Source: an uncultured delta proteobacterium
GTDB taxonomy: Bacteria > Myxococcota_A > Polyangia > Fen-1088
Length of the DNA stretch: 64,000 nucleotides
NCBI GenBank assembly: GCA_963796685.1
Contig: CAWCMR010000025.1
Coordinates: 2,016,001-2,080,000, forward strand
Direction: 5' to 3'
The position numbers and the translations under genes were made by a program. Every line of letters begins with the position of its first letter. Within the stretch, counting starts at the first letter, position 1. The notes beneath the pieces were generated by a model that was given only the letters and a program-made list of their open reading frames with translations, was not told where the DNA came from and did not search any database. Positions 58,163 to 64,000 of the stretch are shown one piece after another.

Positions 58163-61100
58163 ATGACGTGTTCTAAGAACTTCGGACGGTTGCTCCAGGC
58201 CAGTTGCCTGGGGCTCATTGGCATGCTGACGGTCGTCGGCTGCGGCGGGAGTGAAAACCCCGCTCACAACGACGCTGCTCCAAGTGATGGCGGGGGCTCG
58301 AAAGTGCCCAACCTCACCGCTAGTACGGGGACCGTAAGCGTCGGTACCGTCGACGTCGGCAAGATCTCGACGGCGGCTACGGTGGTCATCACCAACAACG
58401 GAACCGGTGCGGGCGTGGTGACCGTGACACCATCCGGGGTCACGGCTTCCGGCTGCGCCGGAAACCTGGCAGTCAATGCACCGTGCACGCTCTCGATCAC
58501 CGCGACCCCGTCGGTTGCAGGTCCGATCACGGGCAGCGTATCCGTCGTCATCGCCGGGGGCAACACCCTCACCATCGGCGTCACCGGCAACGCCGTGCCT
58601 CCGGGTAACTTTACCCTCGACAAGACCGCCATCGACCTCGGCCCGCTTGCTGTCGGCCAGGTCGCTCAGGCCACGGTCACGGTCACGGCCGGGTCGGCGT
58701 TGACCGGGCTCACGACGACCGTGCAAGGTGCGGACGTCAAGCCAGACGCCGCCTCTACATGCACTGCGACCCTTGGTGCTGGCCTGACCTGCACCGTGGT
58801 GGTCGACTTCAGCATGGCCACGGCCGGCACCCCGATCGGCGACGCGATCCTCGTTTCTCAGGGCGGCGTCACCAAGACCGTCCCCATCACAGCCACTGTC
58901 CTGGCGTTGGCCAAGCTCAGCGCCTCGCCGCTTTCGGGGGCCCTTGTGGCAGCGCCGGGCGCGACAAGCGCTCCGCTCTCCATCAATGTCGGCAACACGG
59001 GTGGTATGACGACCGGTCAGATCGTCGTGGCGATTTCCGGCGCGAATGCGGCGGATTTCAAGATCGTCTCTGATACCTGCAGCATCGTGAACCTTGCGGG
59101 CGGCGCGACCTGCGCCGTGGCAGTGGTTTACACCCCGGCTGCCACTGCTACCTTGGCCGAAGCGGCTACCCTGACCATCACGGACAAGGGCGCGGCCGGG
59201 TCCGTGGCCACGGTCGCCCTCAGCGGCACGCCCCAGCTCCCCAGCAACCTCAAGATCACCGGCGGGCCGGACCTTGGCCAGGTGGCCCCAGGCGGCTCGG
59301 GCTCCGAGGTGGTCTTCACGGTGACCAATACCTCCACGACGGCTTCGGGCGCAGTCACCGCGACTGTCGGAAGCTCGAGCGTCACCATCTCCAGCAACAC
59401 CTGCGCGACCAAGGCCACGCTGATCCAGAACGATACCTGCACCATCGGCCTGAAGCTGACGCCTCCGAGCACCGCCCTTGCATCTAGCATTTCGACCCTT
59501 TTGACCGTCTCATCGGCCAGCGGCGACACCACGAACGTGATGGTGACCGGCACCATCCTGAGCGGCGTGGTTCTCTCGGCGACGCCCGCCTCGGTAAGCT
59601 TCGGCTCGGTTCCAGCCAATCAACAGTCGGCTGTCAAGACCGTCACCATCACCAATGGCGGCGCTACCGCGACGAGCATCTTGAGCGCCACGCTCTCGGG
59701 AACGGGTGCGGCCCAGGTCGTTATCACCGGGAACACCTGCACCGGCGTTCTGGCTCCGGCCGCGACCTGCACCGTCTCGGTCCAGTACAGCCCCACGGAT
59801 ACGACCGGCGTCAGTGGCCAGATCACCGTCACCGACGGCGCGGCGACTGTCTCCGTCCCCATGGTGGGCACGGGTTTGGCGCCGAGCGTGTTCACGCTGG
59901 TTACTGACACCTCCGCCTTCTCAGCCTTCGGTCCGACTGTGGTCGGATACACCTCCTCGCCTCAAAGCGTGCATCTCCAGTTAGTGTCCAGCGCTACGAC
60001 CGATTCCGGGGCGATCACTCTTACCATCGGCGGCGCCAATGCAGCCGACTATGCTACGGTGCCTGCGAACACCAACTGCACCCTGCTCCAGGCCGGGCAA
60101 AACTGCGACATCACCGTGGCCTTCACGCCCGGTGCTGTCGGAGCTAGCGCGGCGACCCTCACCGTGACGGGTGCCAAGGGTGGCACGTACACGTTCGACC
60201 TCAAGGGCACCGGCCTGGCCCTGGTTCAGCTCGTCCCGCTGGGTCAGACGGCCACCACGATCGCCACGCCCTACACAGGTCTCGATTTCGGCCAGCAGCC
60301 CAATGCCACGCTAGGCAACGTCTTCGCGTATCGTGTCGTGGTCCGCGGCGCAACCAATCCTGCCGCGACCTCTACGGTGCCCAGCATCGCCATGGCACCT
60401 GGCACGCCGCCGGACTTCACCTACGTGACAGGTACAACAGTTGGGGACGCCACTACGTGGGCGCCCGCCCCGACCAATCCGTGCAATCCCGGTCCAACCC
60501 TGACCCTCCCGGCAGACGCATCTTCATCTCCGTGGATTGTCGGTGCCAAGACGTCTACGAATCCCTCGATCGCGCCTAATGCCCCGGTTTCCACGCTGAA
60601 TACCGATGAGCAGTCCACTGTTTTGTACTGGACCTGCGACTTCTACGTCCAGTTCAGCCCGACCAGTGGCAAGAGTGCGACGCCGAAGACGGCGACGCTC
60701 ACCGCCACCGCCTCGGCTGGCGGGACGGCGACCCTGACCCTGACCGGCACCGCGAGCGGCCCGCTCACTATCACGCCCTCGGTGACCTTCGACCCGACTC
60801 CGCTCGGCACGAGCAGCGCCGATGTCCAGGCAGGTAACAGGACCTTGACCGTCGTCAACAAGGCGGTTAACAGCATCAGCCAAGGGCCGCTATCGGTGGC
60901 ACTGGGAGGTGCCAACGCGGCCGATTTCGCGATCGTTTCAGACGGTTGTTCCGGCCAGCCGCCGCTCGTCCCCAGTGGAGGCCACTGCGATATCGTCGTT
61001 GCCTTCACCCCGAGTGTGGCTGCTGTCGAGACAGCGACACTCACCGTGACGGCTTCGAATACGGGAGAAACTGCGCAGGCTACCCTCAAGGGTACCGGCA

Positions 61101-63805
61101 GCGCGTCTTCCGCCATCACCGTGACCCCGACCGCGGTGGCGCCTGCCGCCGTGGACTTCGGCTCGGTGGCTCAGAACAACGTCGGTGTGTGGACCAGCTT
61201 CACCGTTACCAATCCAGCGACGGGTACGGAAACCGGCCCCCTCGCCTACTCGCTTGGTAGCGAAGATCCATTCGAGCTGTACACGCCCGCGGCTGCGGGT
61301 GTCACCGCGTACCCGGCTGGCTTCTGTGGCGATCCCTCCGGCGGTGCTCAATCCACCTCGTTGGTCCCTGGCGCAACCTGCATCATTCAGGTCCGCTTTA
61401 TTCCGACGCTAGTTGGTGCGGCGAGTGGCTCACTGACCGTGGGTAGCCTTGCCGCTATTCCGCTCAAGGGCATGGGGACGGCCCAGCTGGTCCTCTCCGG
61501 AAGCGCCATCACGACGGTCAACAGCGTCCAGACCCTGGCCTTCGGCAATGTTGGCGTGGGTGCGACAGGCACGCAAACCTTCACCGTCACCAACAATGGT
61601 GCAGCCACCTCGGCAGGCAGCGTCGCGTTGACGCTATCCAACAATGCTGCCGACCCGGCGGTCTTTGCCGCAGGTCTCCCGCCCCACTTCAGTCCAGGAA
61701 CCACCGGTTGTGGGTCGACTCTGGCCGGCGGTCAGAGCTGCCAGATGACCCTCATCTACACGGGCGTTGCCCTGGAGACTGTGTCCCAACAGATCGTCAT
61801 CTCGAATTCAACTCCGCTCGGCACTACGAATCCCGTCAACGCGTCGCTGGTTCTCACGGCTAAGACCGTGAATCCGGCACTGCTTGCGCTGTCCGGCTTC
61901 GACTATTACACGCCGCCTACGCCAGCTGATGGATCGGGCCAGGCGATCGACCTAGGGGCAACGCCGATTGGTACGTCCACCGGTGTGCTTACGCTGGTAT
62001 TCGTCAACAACGGAGCCGTCGCTGCTACAGGGCTCCAGGCCTCATGGCCGTTCACCAATCCTCCCGGGAACACCGACTTCTCGATTGCGGCAGAAAACCA
62101 GGGGACCTGCTTCGGGATCGGTGGAACGCTCGCACCGCAGCAGACCTGCACCGTCAACGTTCGTTGCACGCCGTCGGCTCTAGGTGACCGCGTTGCCGAG
62201 CTTCAACTGAACGGCCTGGCTGCGCCCGGCCCCGTCGTCAAGCTTCACGCGACTGGGATTGCGCCCACGAACGTGTACGCCTTCGCGCAAGGCGGAAGCA
62301 ACTCGTTCTACAACTTCGTCGGAGCCACAACCGCTCTGCCCGGTGCGGGGGCCAAGGCCTACTTCACGTTGGTCAATGGCACGACGAGCCCGATTCCCCT
62401 CGGAACCAGCACCACTGACTTCACGGGTGGCTCGGGCACCACCCTCAGTGTCATCGGGGTCGCGCTTCCAACCACCGAGCCTTCTACGGACTTCGCCCTG
62501 TCGAAGCCGACAGGCGTGGCAGGCATCGCAAATCCGTGCGGGACGACGCTCAGTTCAGGCGGTCAATGCACCTTCGCGGTGACCTTCACGCCCACGTGGA
62601 ACGATACCGACCATCTCTACCGATGGGCCAACGTGACCACGTCCGTAGGGAGCGCCACTGATATCGTTGGGGTCTTTGGTCGGGTGCAGATGCCCGCCAT
62701 GCTGCAGCTCAGCGCCGCGCCTTCGGTGGGGCAGGTAACTGTCACTGCGGCGACCACTAGCGTGGCCGGCTCCGTCGACTTCGGTCAAATCCTGACCGGG
62801 CAACTCTCGTCCGAGGTCTTCACCATCACCAACATCGGTGACGTGGCCACGGCCGGAAATGTGGGGTTGAAGATGATCGGCACGGGGTCGTATGCGGTCC
62901 TTGGCACCTCGACGTGCGGAAGCTCTCCGCTCGCTCCGGGCGCAGCCGCAGCCTGCACCGTGACCGTTAACTCCCAGCTCACGTCCAGCACCGGAACTCG
63001 GACGGGTCTGTCGGTCCAAGCGGTCGACCTCGGTGTCCCAACGGCCACCGGCGAGGAGAGCCTGCAGACCTTCGACCTACAGGCCGAGGTCGTGAACCAG
63101 GCAAACCTCACGCTCAATCCCACTGGTACGACGTTTGCGACCAGCACCCCGGCGGGCTCGACGGATGCTGAGAGGGTCACGATTACTGTGGCGAATGGAG
63201 ATCCGGCGAACGATGATGCGTCGAATCGACAGAACACCACGGCGCTCATCGTCACCCTGTCGGACTCGACGAACTTCGCGGTGGACAGCGCCAGCACCTG
63301 TCTGAATCCCTCGACGCAGACGTACAAGGCACTACCGCTCACCGCGAGCGGAGTCGATAGCGAGTCCTGCACGATCATTGTCAAGTTCACTCCGCAGGCC
63401 GCTGGAGCTAAGAGCACGACCGTGTCGGTAAGCGCGACGACGGGAGGCACGCCAACCCCAGTCTCCCTGACGGGAACGGGATTGAGCACGCTGACCTCGG
63501 ATGCGAGTGCCAACCCGGCCGCGCCCACGACCTTCACCATCACCCACGGTGGTAGCGGGACGACGGGTCTTCTCACAGAGTCGCTGACGGGAACCAACGC
63601 CTCCGCCTTCGTCATCAGCGACGATCAATGCTACGGCACTTCGCTCACAGGCAATGGAGACACTTGCCAGGTTACGGTGACCTTCGTCGGCACCTGCAGC
63701 GCGACCACTGCCCAGACCGCCACCCTCAAGGTGACGGATGGAACGGCGAACAGCACCGTGAGCATTCCGATGTCGGTTGGCGGCGCGACCGCTGGCTGCC
63801 CGTAG
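58163..63805 (+). CDS. Giant surface lipoprotein with many Ig-like ASH / choice-of-anchor D repeats
   Basis: GGAGG RBS; lipobox VVGC; repeated (D)FG.V...T.TN.G...GANAADF...C...L..G..C...V.F.P units; T/G/A/V-rich; about 1880 aa. Confidence 0.85.
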   Translation: MTCSKNFGRLLQASCLGLIGMLTVVGCGGSENPAHNDAAPSDGGGSKVPNLTASTGTVSVGTVDVGKISTAATVVITNNGTGAGVVTVTPSGVTASGCAGNLAVNAPCTLSITATPSVAGPITGSVSVVIAGGNTLTIGVTGNAVPPGNFTLDKTAIDLGPLAVGQVAQATVTVTAGSALTGLTTTVQGADVKPDAASTCTATLGAGLTCTVVVDFSMATAGTPIGDAILVSQGGVTKTVPITATVLALAKLSASPLSGALVAAPGATSAPLSINVGNTGGMTTGQIVVAISGANAADFKIVSDTCSIVNLAGGATCAVAVVYTPAATATLAEAATLTITDKGAAGSVATVALSGTPQLPSNLKITGGPDLGQVAPGGSGSEVVFTVTNTSTTASGAVTATVGSSSVTISSNTCATKATLIQNDTCTIGLKLTPPSTALASSISTLLTVSSASGDTTNVMVTGTILSGVVLSATPASVSFGSVPANQQSAVKTVTITNGGATATSILSATLSGTGAAQVVITGNTCTGVLAPAATCTVSVQYSPTDTTGVSGQITVTDGAATVSVPMVGTGLAPSVFTLVTDTSAFSAFGPTVVGYTSSPQSVHLQLVSSATTDSGAITLTIGGANAADYATVPANTNCTLLQAGQNCDITVAFTPGAVGASAATLTVTGAKGGTYTFDLKGTGLALVQLVPLGQTATTIATPYTGLDFGQQPNATLGNVFAYRVVVRGATNPAATSTVPSIAMAPGTPPDFTYVTGTTVGDATTWAPAPTNPCNPGPTLTLPADASSSPWIVGAKTSTNPSIAPNAPVSTLNTDEQSTVLYWTCDFYVQFSPTSGKSATPKTATLTATASAGGTATLTLTGTASGPLTITPSVTFDPTPLGTSSADVQAGNRTLTVVNKAVNSISQGPLSVALGGANAADFAIVSDGCSGQPPLVPSGGHCDIVVAFTPSVAAVETATLTVTASNTGETAQATLKGTGSASSAITVTPTAVAPAAVDFGSVAQNNVGVWTSFTVTNPATGTETGPLAYSLGSEDPFELYTPAAAGVTAYPAGFCGDPSGGAQSTSLVPGATCIIQVRFIPTLVGAASGSLTVGSLAAIPLKGMGTAQLVLSGSAITTVNSVQTLAFGNVGVGATGTQTFTVTNNGAATSAGSVALTLSNNAADPAVFAAGLPPHFSPGTTGCGSTLAGGQSCQMTLIYTGVALETVSQQIVISNSTPLGTTNPVNASLVLTAKTVNPALLALSGFDYYTPPTPADGSGQAIDLGATPIGTSTGVLTLVFVNNGAVAATGLQASWPFTNPPGNTDFSIAAENQGTCFGIGGTLAPQQTCTVNVRCTPSALGDRVAELQLNGLAAPGPVVKLHATGIAPTNVYAFAQGGSNSFYNFVGATTALPGAGAKAYFTLVNGTTSPIPLGTSTTDFTGGSGTTLSVIGVALPTTEPSTDFALSKPTGVAGIANPCGTTLSSGGQCTFAVTFTPTWNDTDHLYRWANVTTSVGSATDIVGVFGRVQMPAMLQLSAAPSVGQVTVTAATTSVAGSVDFGQILTGQLSSEVFTITNIGDVATAGNVGLKMIGTGSYAVLGTSTCGSSPLAPGAAAACTVTVNSQLTSSTGTRTGLSVQAVDLGVPTATGEESLQTFDLQAEVVNQANLTLNPTGTTFATSTPAGSTDAERVTITVANGDPANDDASNRQNTTALIVTLSDSTNFAVDSASTCLNPSTQTYKALPLTASGVDSESCTIIVKFTPQAAGAKSTTVSVSATTGGTPTPVSLTGTGLSTLTSDASANPAAPTTFTITHGGSGTTGLLTESLTGTNASAFVISDDQCYGTSLTGNGDTCQVTVTFVGTCSATTAQTATLKVTDGTANSTVSIPMSVGGATAGCP

Positions 63806-63836
63806 TCGCTAGTCGCTAGACCTAGCATCCAAAGTG

Positions 63837-63871
63837 AAACCCCGGGGCCTCGGCTCCGGGGTTTTTCTTTT
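63837..63871 (+). terminator. Rho-independent terminator
   Basis: AAACCCCGGGGCC-TC-GGCTCCGGGGTTT hairpin followed by a T-rich tract. Confidence 0.85.
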
Positions 63872-63872
63872 G

Positions 63873-64000
63873 GTGCGCCTAGGATGACCGTCGTCTTGGG
63901 GGTGGAAATTCCCCCGGAAGGAGACCATCCCAAACGAAGCCGCCGCGCCGCGCGCAGTGGAGGTGCCAGAGACTATTGGTCGCTGGGGAGGTGCGCAGTG
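63873..64000 (+). mobile_element. Probable 5' end of a class C (IIC) group II intron, running off the window
   Basis: Starts GTGCGCC right after the terminator T tract; GGATG and GGGGGTGGAAATTCCCCC stem resemble IIC domain I. Confidence 0.55.

Noticed and set aside
1-64000. CRISPR array, tRNA, rRNA, integrase or prophage
   Set aside because: No regularly spaced repeat-spacer units, cloverleafs, rRNA-like tracts or phage/integrase genes were recognised

Overview
This is a high-GC chromosomal window, most likely from a cellulolytic Myxococcota/Polyangia-like bacterium (inferred from the many Cys-rich lipoproteins, the Ser/Thr kinase, GH6/GH12 and the ACIII-oxidase gene order). Housekeeping genes: cysH-family APS reductase, gltX, prmC, hemL, gyrA, phhB. 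A complete alternative complex III (actA, small TAT ORF, actB, actC, actDE fusion, actF) is joined to a cytochrome c, SCO, an A2-type heme-copper oxidase and heme O synthase (17.8-31.4 kb). Signalling genes: FIST + PP2C phosphatase, a HATPase/STAS/diguanylate cyclase partner-switching-like operon, a two-component system with a second STAS-like gene, and a kinase-HDOD fusion. Best candidate for an undescribed system: an MNIO (DUF692) + DUF2063 pair convergent on a Cys-rich lipoprotein carrying two bufferin-A2-like CxxxNxCxG motifs, i.e. a possible membrane-anchored MNIO-modified metal-binding RiPP. Mobile or repeat DNA: a CTAG-flanked MITE, GTAG-type REPs (two of which bracket a RelBE module), and a probable group IIC intron 5' end right after a terminator at the window end. 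About nine single-base frameshifts are present, five at AGCT sites, suggesting methylation-linked long-read errors. Many genes appear leaderless. All calls come from motif recognition; no database searches were run.
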